From Squalus acanthias (Eukaryota), in contig CM059431.1 of NCBI GenBank assembly GCA_030390025.1, positions 145,888,001 to 145,952,000 of the forward strand: a DNA stretch of 64,000 nucleotides, read 5' to 3'. Below, one piece after another: positions 22,501-37,500 of the stretch. The first letter of the stretch is position 1, and each line of letters starts with the position of its first letter. The notes under the pieces were generated by a model. It worked only from the letters and a program-made list of their open reading frames with translations. It was not told where the DNA came from and searched no databases. The position numbers and the translations under genes were made by a program.

Positions 22501-25500
22501 GTGTACAATTACTGGAACACGGAGAGTGTCAGGGACACAGAGTGTGCAATTACTGGAACACGGAGAGTGTCAGGGACACAATGTGTACAATTACTGGAAC
22601 ACGGAGAGTGAGAGTGTGAGGGACACAGAGTACAATTGCTGGAACACGGAGAGTGAGAGTGTGAGGGACACAGAGTGTACAATTACTGGAACATGGAGAG
22701 TGAGAGTGCGAGGGACACAGTGTGTACAATTGCTGGAACACGGAGAGTGAGAGTGTGAGGGACACAGAGTGTACAATTACTGGAACACGGAGAGTGAGAG
22801 TGTGAGGGACACAGAGTGTACAATTAATGGAACACGGAGAGTGAGAGTGTGAGGGACACAGTGTGTGGAATTACTGGAACAAGGAGAGTGAGAGTGTGAG
22901 GAACACAGAGTGTACAATTACTGGAACACGGAGAGTGAGTGTGTGAGGGCCACAGAGTGTACAATTACTGGAACACGGAGAGTGAGAGTGTGAGGGAGAC
23001 AGAGTGTTTAATTACTGGAACACGGAAAGTGAGAGTATGAGGGAAACAGAGTGTATAATTACTGGATCACGGAGAGTGAGAGTCTAAGGGACACAGAGTG
23101 TACAATTACTGGAACACGGAGAGTGAGAGTGTGAGGGACACAGTGTGTGGAATTACTGGAACACGGAGAGTGAGAGTGTGAGGGACACAGAATGTACAAT
23201 TACTGAAACACAGAGAGTGAGAGTGTCAGGGACAGAGAGTGTGCGATTACTGGAACACGGAGAGTGAGAGTGTGAGGGCCACAGAGAGTACAATTACTGG
23301 AACACGGAGAGTGAGAGTGTGAGGGACACAGAGTGTACAATTACTGGAACACGGAGAGTGAGAGTGTGAGGGACACAGTGTGTAACAATTAGTGGAACAC
23401 GGCGAGTGAGAGTGTGAGGGACACAGTATGTCCAATTACTGGAACACGGAGAGTGAGAGTGTCAGGGACACCGTGTGTACAATTACTGGAACACGGAGAG
23501 TGAGAGTGCGAGGGACACAGTTAGTGTAAAATTACAGGAACACGGAGAGTTATAGTGTGAGGTACACATAGAGTACAATTACTGGAACACGGAGAGTGAG
23601 AGTGTGAAGGACACAGAATGTACAATTACTGGAATACGGAGAGTGAGAGTGAGAGGGACACAGAGTGTACAATTACTGGAACACGGAGAGTGAGAGTGTG
23701 AGGGACACAGAGTGTACAATTACTGGAACACGGAGAGTGAGAGTGTGAGGGACACCATATGTACAATTACTGGAACATGGAGAGTGAGAGTGTGAGGGAC
23801 ACAGAATGTACAATTACTGGAACATGGAGAGTGAGAGTGCGAGGGACACAGTGCGTTAAATTACTGGAACACGGAGAGTGAGAGTGTGAGGGACACAGTT
23901 TGTGCAATTACTGGAACACGGAGAGTGTCAGGGACAGAGAGTGTGCAATTACTGGAACATGGAGAATGAGAGTGTGAGGGACACAGAGTGTGAAATTACT
24001 GGAACAAGGAGAGTGAGAGTGTGAGGGACACAGAGTGTTCAATTACTGGAACACGGAGAGTGAGAGTGTGAGGGACACTGTGAAATTACTGGAACACGGA
24101 GAGTGAGAGTGTGAGGGACACAGTGTGTGGAATTACTGGATCACGGAGAGTGAGAGTGTGAGGAACACAGAGTGTTAATTATTGGATCAGGGAGAGGAGA
24201 GTGTGAGGGACACAGAGTGTTCAATTACTGGATCACGGAGAGTGAGAGTGTGAGGGACACAGTGTGCGGAATTACTGGATCACGGAGAGTGAGAGTGTGC
24301 GGGAAACAGAGTGTATAATTACAGGATTACGGAGAGTGAGAGTGCGAGGGAAACAGAGTGTGAAATTACTGGAACAAGGAGAGTGAGAGTGTGAGGGACA
24401 CAGAGTGTTCAATTACTGGAACACGGAGAGTGAGAGTGTGAGGGACACTGTGAAATTACTGGAACACGGAGAGTGAGAGTGTGAGGGACACAGTGTGTGG
24501 AATTACTGGAACACGGAGAGTGAGAGTGTGAGGAACACAGAGTGTTAATTATTGGATCACGGAGAGTGAGAGTGTGAGGGACACAGAGTGTTCAATTACT
24601 GGATCACTGAGAGTGAGAGTGTGAGGGAAACAGTGTGTGGAATTACTGGAACACGGAGAGTGAGAGTATGAGGGAAACAGAGTGTATAATTACTGGATCA
24701 CGGAGAGTGAGAGTGCGAGGGACACAGAGTGTACAATTACTGGAACACGGAGAGTTAGAGTGTGAGGGACACAGAGTATAATTGCTGGAACACAGAGATT
24801 GAAAGTGTGAGGGACACAGAGTGTACAATTACTGGAACATGGAGAGTGAGAGTGCGAGGGACACAGAGTGTAAAATTGCTGGAACACGGAGAGTGAGAGT
24901 GTGAGGGACATAGAGTGTACAATTACTGGAACACGGAGAGTGAGAGTCTCAGGGACACAGAGTGTACAATTACTGGAACACGGAGAGTGAGAGTGTGAGG
25001 GACACAGTGTGTGGAATTACTGGAACACGGAGAGTGAGAGTGTGAGGGACACAGAATGTACAATTACTGGAACACGGAGAGTGAGAGTGTCAGGGACAGA
25101 GAGTGTGCAATTACTGCAACACGGAGAGTGAGTGTGTGAGGGCCACAGAGAGTACAATTACTGGAACACGGAGAGTGAGAGTGTTAGGGACACAGAGTGT
25201 ACAATTACTGGAACACGGAGAGTGAGAGTGTGAGGGACACAGTGTGTAACAATTACTGGAACACGGCGAGTGAGAGTGTGAGGGACACAGTATGTCCAAT
25301 TACTGGAACACGGAGAGTGAGAGTGTCAGGGACACAGTGTGTGCAATTACTGGAACACGGAGAGTGAGAGTGTCAGGGACACAGTGTGTGCAATTACTGG
25401 AACACGGAGAGTGTCAGGGACACAATGTGTACAATTACTGGAACACGGAGAGTGAGAGTGTCAGGGACACCGTGTGTACAATTACTGGAACATGGAGAGT

Positions 25501-28500
25501 GAGAGTGCGAGGGACACAGTTAGTGTAAAATTACTGGAACACGGAGAGTTATAGTGTGAGGTACACATAGAGTACAATTACTGGAACACGGAGAGTGAGA
25601 GTGTGAGGGACACAGAGTGTTCAATTACTGGAACATGGAGAGTGAGAGTGTGAAGGACAGAGAGTGTGCAATTACTGGAACATGGAGAGTGAGAGTGTGA
25701 GGGACACCGTATGTACAATTACTGGAACATGGAGAGTGAGAGTGTGAGGGACACAGAATGTACAATTACTGGAACATGGAGAGTGAGAGTGCGAGGGACA
25801 CAGTGCGTTAAATTACTGGAACACGGAGAGTGAGAGTGTGAGGGACACAGTTTGTGCAATTACTGGAACACGGAGAGTGTCAGGGACAGAGAGTGTGCAA
25901 TTACTGGAACATGGAGAATGAGAGTGTGAGGGACACAGAGTGTGAAATTACTGGAACAAGGAGAGTGAGAGTGTGAGGGACACAGAGTGTTCAATTACTG
26001 GAACACGGAGAGTGAGAGTGTGAGGGACACTGTGAAATTACTGGAACACCGAGAGTGAGAGTGTGAGGGACACAGTGTGTGGAATTACTGGATCACGGAG
26101 AGTGAGAGTGTGAGGAACACAGAGTGTTAATTATTGGATCAGGGAGAGGAGAGTGTGAGGGACACAGAGTGTTCAATTACTGGATCACGGAGAGTGAGAG
26201 TGTGAGGGACACAGTGTGCGGAATTACTGGATCACGGAGAGTGAGAGTGTGAGGGAAACAGAGTGTATAATTACAGGATTACGGAGAGTGAGAATGCGAG
26301 GGAAACAGAGTGTGAAATTACTGGAACAAGGAGAGTGAGAGTGTGAGGGACACAGAGTGTTCAATTACTGGAACACGGAGAGTGAGAGTGTGAGGGACAC
26401 TGTGAAATTACTGGAACACGGAGAGTGAGAGTGTGAGGGACACAGTGTGTGGAATTACTGGAACACGGAGAGTGAGAGTGTGAGGAACACAGAGTGTTAA
26501 TTATTGGATCACGGAGAGTGAGAGTGTGAGGGACACAGAGTGTTCAATTACTGGATCACTGTGAGTGAGAGTGTGAGGGAAACAGTGTGTGGAATTACTG
26601 GAACACGGAGAGTGAGAGTATGAGGGAAACAGAGTGTATAATTACTGGATCACGGAGAGTGAGAGTGCGAGGGACACAGAGTGTACAATTACTGGAACAC
26701 GGAGAGTTAGAGTGTGAGGGACACAGAGTATAATTGCTGGAACACAGAGATTGAAAGTGTGAGGGACACAGAGTGTACAATTACTGGAACATGGAGAGTG
26801 AGAGTGCGAGGGACACAGAGTGTAAAATTGCTGGAACACGGAGAGTGAGAGTGTGAGGGACACAGAGTGTACAATTACTGGAACACGGAGAGTGAGAGTC
26901 TCAGGGACACAGAGTGTACAATTACTGGAACACGGAGAGTGAGAGTGTGAGGGACACAGTGTGTGGAATTACTGGAACACGGAGAGTGAGAGTGTGAGGG
27001 ACACAGAATGTACAATTACTGGAACACGGAGAGTGAGAGTGTCAGGGACAGAGAGTGTGCAATTACTGCAACACGGAGAGTGAGTGTGTGAGGGCCACAG
27101 AGAGTACAATTACTGGAACACGGAGAGTGAGAGTGTGAGGGACACAGAGTGTACAATTACTGGAACACGGAGAGTGAGAGTGTGAGGGACACAGTGTGTA
27201 ACAATTACTGGAACACGGCGAGTGAGAGTGTGAGGGACACAGTATGTCCAATTACTGGAACACGGAGAGTGAGAGTGTCAGGGACACAGTGTGTGCAATT
27301 ACTGGAACACGGAGAGTGAGAGTGTCAGGGACACAGTGTGTGCAATTACTGGAACACGGAGAGTGTCAGGGACACAATGTGTACAATTACTGGAACACGG
27401 AGAGTGAGAGTGTCAGGGACACCGTGTGTACAATTACCAGAACATGGAGAGTGAGAGTGCGAGGGACACAGTTAGTGTAAAATTACTGGAACACGGAGAG
27501 TTATAGTGTGAGGTACACATAGAGTACAATTACTGGAACACGGAGAGTGAGAGTGTGAGGGACACAGAGTGTTCAATTACTGGAACATGGAGAGTGAGAG
27601 TGTGAAGGACAGAGAGTGTGCAATTACTGGAACATGGAGAGTGAGAGTGTGAGGGACACAGAGTGTGAAATTACTGGAACAAGGAGAGTGAGAGTGTGAG
27701 GGACACAGAGTGTTCAAATACTGGAACACGGAGAGTGAGAGTGTGAGGGACACTGTGAAATTACTGGAACACGGAAATTGAGAGTGTGAGGGACACAGTG
27801 TGTGGAATTACTGGAACACGGAGAGTGAGAGCGTGAGGGACACAGAGTGTTCAATTACTGGATCACGGAGAGTGAGAATGTGAGGGACACAGTGTGTGGA
27901 ATTACTGGATCACGGAGAGTGAGAGTGCTTGGGACACAGAGTACAATTGCTGGAACACAGAGAGTGAGAGTGTGAGGTACACAGAGTGTACAAATACTGG
28001 AACATGGAGAGTGAGAGTGCGAGGGACACAGAGTGTACAATTGCTGGAACACGGAGAGTGAGAGTGTAAGGGACACAGAGTGTACAATTACTGGAACACG
28101 GAGAGTGAGAGTGTGAGGGACACAGAGTGTACAATTAATGGAACACGGAGAGTGAGAGTGTGAGGGACACAGTGTGTGGAATTACTGGAACACGGAGAGT
28201 GAGAGTGTGAGGAACACAGAGTGTTAATTATTGGATCACGGAGAGTGAGAGTGTGAGGGACACAGAGTGTTCAATTACTGGATCACTGAGAGTGAGAGTG
28301 TGAGGGAAACAGTGTGTGGAATTACTGGAACACGGAGAGTGAGAGTATGAGGGAAACAGAGTGTATAATTACTGGATCACGGAGAGTGAGAGTGCGAGGG
28401 ACACAGAGTGTACAATTACTGGAACACGGAGAGTTAGAGTGTGAGGGACACAGAGTATAATTGCTGGAACACAGAGATTGAAAGTGTGAGGGACACAGAG

Positions 28501-31500
28501 TGTAAAATTACTGGAACATGGAGAGTGAGAGTGCGAGGGACACAGAGTGTAAAATTGCTGGAACACGGAGAGTGAGAGTGTGAGGGACATAGAGTGTACA
28601 ATTACTGGAACACGGAGAGTGAGAGTCTCAGGGACACAGAGTGTACAATTACTGGAACACGGAGAGTGAGAGTGTGAGGGACACAGTGTGTGGAATTACT
28701 GGAACACGGAGAGTGAGAGTGTGAGGGACACAGAATGTACAATTACTGGAACACGGAGAGTGAGAGTGTCAGGGACAGAGAGTGTGCAATTACTGCAACA
28801 CGGAGAGTGAGTGTGTGAGGGCCACAGAGAGTACAATTACTGGAACACGGAGAGTGAGAGTGTTAGGGACACAGAGTGTACAATTACTGGAACACGGAGA
28901 GTGAGAGTGTGAGGGACACAGTGTGTAACAATTACTGGAACACGGCGAGTGAGAGTGTGAGGGACACAGTATGTCCAATTACTGGAACACGGAGAGTGAG
29001 AGTGTCAGGGACACAGTGTGTGCAATTACTGGAACACGGAGAGTGAGAGTGTCAGGGACACAGTGTGTGCAATTACTGGAACACGGAGAGTGTCAGGGAC
29101 ACAATGTCTACAATTACTGGAACACGGAGAGTGAGAGTGTCAGGGACACCGTGTGTACAATTACTGGAACATGGAGAGTGAGAGTGCGAGGGACACAGTT
29201 AGTGTAAAATTACTGGAACACGGAGAGTTATAGTGTGAGGTACACATAGAGTACAATTACTGGAACACGGAGAGTGAGAGTGTGAGGGACACAGAGTGTT
29301 CAATTACTGGAACATGGAGAGTGAGAGTGTGAAGGACAGAGAGTGTGCAATTACTGGAACATGGAGAGTGAGAGTGTGAGGGACACCGTATGTACAATTA
29401 CTGGAACATGGAGAGTGAGAGTGTGAGGGACACAGAATGTACAATTACTGGAACATGGAGAGTGAGAGTGCGAGGGACACAGTGCGTTAAATTACTGGAA
29501 CACGGAGAGTGAGAGTGTGAGGGACACAGTTTGTGCAATTACTGGAACACGGAGAGTGTCAGGGACAGAGAGTGTGCAATTACTGGAACATGGAGAATGA
29601 GAGTGTGAGGGACACAGAGTGTGAAATTACTGGAACAAGGAGAGTGAGAGTGTGAGGGACACAGAGTGTTCAATTACTGGAACACGGAGAGTGAGAGTGT
29701 GAGGGACACTGTGAAATTACTGGAACACCGAGAGTGAGAGTGTGAGGGACACAGAGTGTTCAATTACTGGATCACTGAGAGTGAGAGTGTGAGGGAAACA
29801 GTGTGTGGAATTACTGGAACACGGAGAGTGAGAGTATGAGGGAAACAGAGTGTATAATTACTGGATCACGGAGAGTGAGAGTGCGAGGGACACAGAGTGT
29901 ACAATTACTGGAACACGGAGAGTTAGAGTGTGAGGGACACAGAGTATAATTGCTGGAACACAGAGATTGAAAGTGTGAGGGACACAGAGTGTACAATTAC
30001 TGGAACATGGAGAGTGAGAGTGCGAGGGACACAGAGTGTAAAATTGCTGGAACACGGAGAGTGAGAGTGTGAGGGACATAGAGTGTACAATTACTGGAAC
30101 ACGGAGAGTGAGAGTCTCAGGGACACAGAGTGTACAATTACTGGAACACGGAGAGTGAGAGTGTGAGGGACACAGTGTGTGGAATTACTGGAACACGAAG
30201 AGTGAGAGTGTGAGGGACACAGAATGTACAATTACTGGAACACGGAGAGTGAGAGTGTCAGGGACAGAGAGTGTGCAATTACTGCAACACGGAGTGTGAG
30301 TGTGTGAGGGCCACAGAGAGTACAATTACTGGAACACGGAGAGTGAGAGTGTTAGGGACACAGAGTGTACAATTACTGGAACACGGAGAGTGAGAGTGTG
30401 AGGGACACAGTGTGTAACAATTACTGGAACACGGCGAGTGAGAGTGTGAGGGACACAGTATGTCCAATTACTGGAACACGGAGAGTGAGAGTGTCAGGGA
30501 CACAGTGTGTGCAATTACTGGAACACGGAGAGTGAGAGTGTCAGGGACACAGTGTGTGCAATTACTGGAACACGGAGAGTGTCAGGGACACAATGTGGAC
30601 AATTACTGGAACACGGAGAGTGAGAGTGTCAGGGACACCGTGTGTACAATTACTGGAACATGGAGAGTGAGAGTGCGAGGGACACAGTTAGTGTAAAATT
30701 ACTGGAACACGGAGAGTTATAGTGTGAGGTACACATAGAGTACAATTACTGGAACACGGAGAGTGAGAGTGTGAGGGACACAGAGTGTTCAATTACTGTA
30801 ACATGGAGAGTGAGAGTGTGAAGGACAGAGAGTGTGCAATTACTGGAACATGGAGAGTGAGAGTGTGAGGGACACCGTATGTACAATTACTGGAACATGG
30901 AGAGTGAGAGTGTGAGGGACACAGAATGTACAATTACTGGAACATGGAGAGTGAGAGTGCGAGGGACACAGTGCGTTAAATTACTGGAACACGGAGAGTG
31001 AGAGTGTGAGGGACACAGTTTGTGCAATTACTGGAACACGGAGAGTGTCAGGGACAGAGAGTGTGCAATTACTGGAACATGGAGAATGAGAGTGTGAGGG
31101 ACACAGAGTGTGAAATTACTGGAACAAGGAGAGTGAGAGTGTGAGGGACACAGAGTGTTCAATTACTGGAACACGGAGAGTGAGAGTGTGAGGGACACTG
31201 TGAAATTACTGGAACACCGAGAGTGAGAGTGTGAGGGACACAGTGTGTGGAATTACTGGATCACGGAGAGTGAGAGTGTGAGGAACACAGAGTGTTAATT
31301 ATTGGATCAGGGAGAGGAGAGTGTGAGGGACACAGAGTGTTCAATTACTGGATCACGGAGAGTGAGAGTGTGAGGGACACAGTGTGCGGAATTACTGGAT
31401 CACGGAGAGTGAGAGTGTGAGGGAAACAGAGTGTATAATTACAGGATTACGGAGAGTGAGAGTGCGAGGGAAACAGAGTGTGAAATTACTGGAACAAGGA

Positions 31501-34500
31501 GAGTGAGAGTGTGAGGGACACAGAGTGTTCAATTACTGGAACACGGAGAGTGAGAGTGCGAGGGACACTGTGAAATTACTGGAACACGGAGAGTGAGAGT
31601 GTGAGGGACACAGTGTGTGGAATTACTGGAACACGGAGAGTGAGAGTGTGAGGAACACAGAGTGTTAATTATTGGATCACGGAGAGTGAGAGTGTGAGGG
31701 ACACAGAGTGTTCAATTACTGGATCACTGAGAGTGAGAGTGTGAGGGAAACAGTGTGTGGAATTACTGGAACACGGAGAGTGAGAGTATGAGGGAAACAG
31801 AGTGTATAATTACTGGATCACGGAGAGTGAGAGTGCGAGGGACACAGAGTGTACAATTACTGGAACACGGAGAGTTAGAGTGTGAGGGACACAGAGTATA
31901 ATTGCTGGAACACAGAGATTGAAAGTGTGAGGGACACAGAGTGTACAATTACTGGAACATGGAGAGTGAGAGTGCGAGGGACACAGAGTGTAAAATTGCT
32001 GGAACACGGAGAGTGAGAGTGTGAGGGACATAGAGTGTACAATTACTGGAACACGGAGAGTGAGAGTCTCAGGGACACAGAGTGTACAATTACTGGAACA
32101 CGGAGAGTGAGAGTGTGAGGGACACAGTGTGTGGAATTACTGGAACACGGAGAGTGAGAGTGTGAGGGACACAGAATGTACAATTACTGGAACACGGAGA
32201 GTGAGAGTGTCAGGGACAGAGAGTGTGCAATTACTGCAACACGGAGAGTGAGTGTGTGAGGGCCACAGAGAGTACAATTACTGGAACACGGAGAGTGAGA
32301 GTGTGAGGGACACAGAGTGTACAATTACTGGAACACGGAGAGTGAGAGTGTGAGGGACACAGTGTGTAACAATTACTGGAACACGGCGAGTGAGAGTGTG
32401 AGGGACACAGTATGTCCAATTACTGGAACACGGAGAGTGAGAGTGTCAGGGACACAGTGTGTGCAATTACTGGAACACGGAGAGTGAGAGTGTCAGGGAC
32501 ACAGTGTGTGCAATTACTGGAACACGGAGAGTGTCAGGGACACAATGTGTACAATTACTGGAACACGGAGAGTGAGAGTGTCAGGGACACCGTGTGTACA
32601 ATTACCAGAACATGGAGAGTGAGAGTGCGAGGGACACAGTTAGTGTAAAATTACTGGAACACGGAGAGTTATAGTGTGAGGTACACATAGAGTACAATTA
32701 CTGGAACACGGAGAGTGAGAGTGTGAGGGACACAGAGTGTTCAATTACTGGAACATGGAGAGTGAGAGTGTGAAGGACAGAGAGTGTGCAATTACTGGAA
32801 CATGGAGAGTGAGAGTGTGAGGGACACAGAGTGTGAAATTACTGGAACAAGGAGAGTGAGAGTGTGAGGGACACAGAGTGTTCAAATACTGGAACACGGA
32901 GAGTGAGAGTGTGAGGGACACTGTGAAATTACTGGAACACGGAAATTGAGAGTGTGAGGGACACAGTGTGTGGAATTACTGGAACACGGAGAGTGAGAGC
33001 GTGAGGGACACAGAGTGTTCAATTACTGGATCACGGAGAGTGAGAATGTGAGGGACACAGTGTGTGGAATTACTGGATCACGGAGAGTGAGAGTGCTTGG
33101 GACACAGAGTACAATTGCTGGAACACAGAGAGTGAGAGTGTGAGGTACACAGAGTGTACAAATACTGGAACATGGAGAGTGAGAGTGCGAGGGACACAGA
33201 GTGTACAATTGCTGGAACACGGAGAGTGAGAGTGTAAGGGACACAGAGTGTACAATTACTGGAACACGGAGAGTGAGAGTGTGAGGGACACAGAGTGTAC
33301 AATTAATGGAACACGGAGAGTGAGAGTGTGAGGGACACAGTGTGTGGAATTACTGGAACAAGGAGGATGAGAGTGTGAGGGACACAGAGTGTACAAATAC
33401 TGGAACATGGAGAGTGAGAGTGTGAGGGACACAGAGTGTACAATTGCTGGAACACGGAGAGTGAGAGTGTGAGGGACACAGAGTGTACAATTACTGGAAC
33501 ACGGAGAGTGAGAGTGTGAGGGACACAGAGTGTACAATTACTGGAACACGGAGAGTGAGAGTGTGAGGGACACAGTGTGTGGAATTACTGGAACAAGGAG
33601 AGTGAGAGTGTGAGGGACACAGAGTGTTCAATTACTGGAACACGGAGAGTGAGAGTGTCAGGGACAGAGAGTTTGCAATTACTGCAACACGGAGAGTGAG
33701 AGTGTGAGGGCCATAGAGTGTACAATTACTGGAACACGGAGAGTGTCAGGGACACAGAGTGTGCAATTACTGGAACACGGAGAGTGTCAGGGACACAATG
33801 TGTACAATTACTGGAACACGGAGAGTGAGAGTGTGAGGGACACAGAGTACAATTGCTGGAACACGGAGAGTCAGAGTGTCAGGGACAGAGAGTGTGCAAT
33901 TACTGGAACACGGAGAGTGAGTGTGTGAGGGACACAGAGTGTACAATTACTGGAACACGGAGAGTGAGAGTGTGAGGGACACAGTGTGTAACAATTACTG
34001 GAACATGGAGAGTGAGAGTGTCAGGGACACAGTGTGTGAAATTACTGGAACACGGAGAGTGTCAGGGACACCGTGTGTACAATTACTGGAACACGGAGAG
34101 TGAGAGTGCGAGGGACACAGTTAGTGTAAAATTACTGGAACACGGAGAGTTATAGTGTGAGGTACACATAGAGTACAATTACTGGAACATGGAGAGTGAG
34201 TGTGTGAGGGACACAGAATGTACAATTATTGGATCACGGAGAGTGAGAGTGTGAGGGACACAGAGTGTACAATTACTGGAACACGGAGAGTGAGAGTGTG
34301 AGGGACACCGTATGTACAATTACTGGAACACGGAGAGTGAGAGTATGAGGGACACAGAATGTACAATTACTGGAACATGGAGAGTGAGAGTGCGAGGGAC
34401 ACAGAGCGTTAAATTACTGGAACACGGAGAGTGAGAGTGTGAGGGACACAGTGTGTGCAATTACTGGAACACGGAGAGTGTCAGGGACAGAGAGTGTGCA

Positions 34501-37500
34501 ATTACTGAAACATTGAGAGTGAGAGTGTGAAGGACAGAGAGTGTGCAATTACTGGAACATGGAGAGTGAGAGTGTGAGGGACACAGAGTGTGAAATTACT
34601 GGAACAAGGAGAGTGAGAGTGTGAGGGACACAGAGTGTTCAAATACTGGAACACGGAGAGTGAGAGTGTGAGGGACACTGTGAAATTACTGGAACACGGA
34701 AATTGAGAGTGTGAGGGACACAGTGTGTGGAATTACTGGAACACGGAGAGTGAGAGTGTGAGGGACACAGAGTGTTCAATTACTGGATCACGGAGAGTGA
34801 GAATGTGAGGGACACAGTGTGTGGAATTACTGGATCACGGAGAGTGAGAGTGCTTGGGACACAGAGTACAATTGCTGGAACACAGAGAGTGAGAGTGTGA
34901 GGTACACAGAGTGTACAAATACTGGAACATGGAGAGTGAGAGTTCGAGGGACACAGAGTGTACAATTGCTGGAACACGGAGAGTGAGAGTGTAAGGGACA
35001 CAGAGTGTACAATTACTGGAACACGGAGAGTGAGAGTGTGAGGGACACAGAGTGTACAATTAATGGAACACGGAGAGTGAGAGTGTGAGGGACACAGTGT
35101 GTGGAATTACTGGAACAAGGAGGATGAGAGTGTGAGGGACACAGAGTGTACAAATACTGGAACATGGAGAGTGAGAGTGCGAGGGACACAGAGTGTACAA
35201 TTGCTGGAACACGGAGAGTGAGAGTGTGAGGGACACAGAGTGTACAATTACTGGAACACGGAGAGTGAGAGTGTGAGGGACACAGAGTGTACAATTACTG
35301 GAACACGGAGAGTGAGAGTGTGAGGGACACAGTGTGTGGAATTACTGGAACAAGGAGAGTGAGAGTGTGAGGGACACAGAGTGTTCAATTACTGGAACAC
35401 GGAGAGTGAGAGTGTCAGGGACAGAGAGTGTGCAATTACTGCAACACGGAGAGTGAGAGTGTGAGGGCCATAGAGTGTACAATTACTGGAACACGGAGAG
35501 TGTCAGGGACACAGAGTGTGCAATTACTGGAACACGGAGAGTGTCAGGGACACAATGTGTACAATTACTGGAACACGGAGAGTGAGAGTGTGAGGGACAC
35601 AGAGTACAATTGCTGGAACACGGAGAGTGAGAGTGTGAGGGACACAAAGTGTACAATTAATGGAACACGGAGAGTGAGAGTGTGAGGGACACAGTGTGTG
35701 GAATTACTGGAACAAGGAGAGTGAGAGTGTGAGGAACACAGAGTGTACAATTACTGGAACACGGAGAGTGAGAGTGTCAGGGACAGAGAGTGTGCAATTA
35801 CTGGAACACGGAGAGTGAGTGTGTGAGGGACACAGAGTGTACAATTACTGGAACACGGAGAGTGAGAGTGTGAGGGACACAGTGTGTAACAATTACTGGA
35901 ACATGGAGAGTGAGAGTGTCAGGGACACAGTGTGTGAAATTACTGGAACACGGAGAGTGTCAGGGACACCGTGTGTACAATTACTGGAACACGGAGAGTG
36001 AGAGTGCGAGGGACACAGTTAGTGTAAAATTACTGGAACACGGAGAGTTATAGTGTGAGGTACACATAGAATACAATTACTGGAACATGGAGAGTGAGTG
36101 TGTGAGGGACACAGAATGTACAATTATTGGATCACGGAGAGTGAGAGTGTGAGGGACACAGAGTGTACAATTACTGGAACACGGAGAGTGAGAGTGTGAG
36201 GGACACCGTATGTACAATTACTGGAACACGGAGAGTGAGAGTATGAGGGATACAGAATGTACAATTACTGGAACATGGAGAGTGAGAGTGCGAGGGACAC
36301 AGTGCGTTAAATTACTGGAACACGGAGAGTGAGAGTGTGAGGGACACAGTGTGTGCAATTACTGGAACACGGAGAGTGTCAGGGACAGAGAGTGTGCAAT
36401 TACTGGAACATTGAGAGTGAGAGTGTGAGGGACACAGAGTGTGAAATTACTGGAACATTGAGAGTGAGAGTGTGAGGGACAGAGAGTGTGCAATTACTGG
36501 AACAAGGAGAGTGAGAGTGTGAGGGACACAGAGTGTTCAATTACTGGAACACGGAGAGTGAGAGTGTGAGGGACACTGTGAAATTATTGGAACACGGAGA
36601 GTGAGAGTGTGAGGGACACAGTGTGTGGAATTACTGGAACACGGAGAGTGAGAGTGTGAGGAACACAATGTGTTCAATTACTGGATCACGGAGAGTGAGA
36701 GTGTGAGGGACACAGTGTGTGAATTACTGGAACACGGAGAGTGAGAGTGTGAGGGAAACAGAGTGTATAATTACTGGATTATGGAGAGTGAGCGTGCGAG
36801 GGACACAGAGTGTACAATTAATGGAACACGGAGAGTGAGAGTGTGAGGGACACAGAGTACAATTGCTGGAACACGGAGAGTGAGAGTGTGAGGGACACAG
36901 AGTGTACAATTACCGGAACATGGAGAGTGAGAGTGCGAGGGACACAGAGTGTACAATTGCTGGAACACGGAGAGTGAGAGTGTGAGGGACACAGAGTGTA
37001 CAATTACTGGAACACGGAGAGTGAGTGTGTGAGGGCCACAGAGTGTACAATTACTGGAACACGGAGAGTGAGTGTGTGAGGGACACAGAGTGTACAATTA
37101 CTGGAACACAGAGAGTGAGAGTGTGAGGGACACAGAGTGTACAATTACTGGAACACGGAGAGTGCGAGTGTGAGGGACACAGTGTGTAACAATTAGTGGA
37201 ACACGGAGAGTGAGAGTGTGAGGGACACCGTATATACAATTACTGGAACACGGAGAGTGAGAGTGTGAGGGACACAGTATGTCCAATTACTGGAACACGG
37301 AGAGTGAGAGTGTGAGGGACACAGTATGTCCAATTACTGGAACACGGAGAGTGAGAGTGTCAGGGACACAGTGTGTGCAATTACTGGAACACGGAGAGTG
37401 TCAGGGACACAATGTGTACAATTACTGGAACAAGGAGAGTGAGAGTGTCAGGGACACCGTGTGTACAATTACTGGAACACGGAGAGTGAGAGTGCGAGGG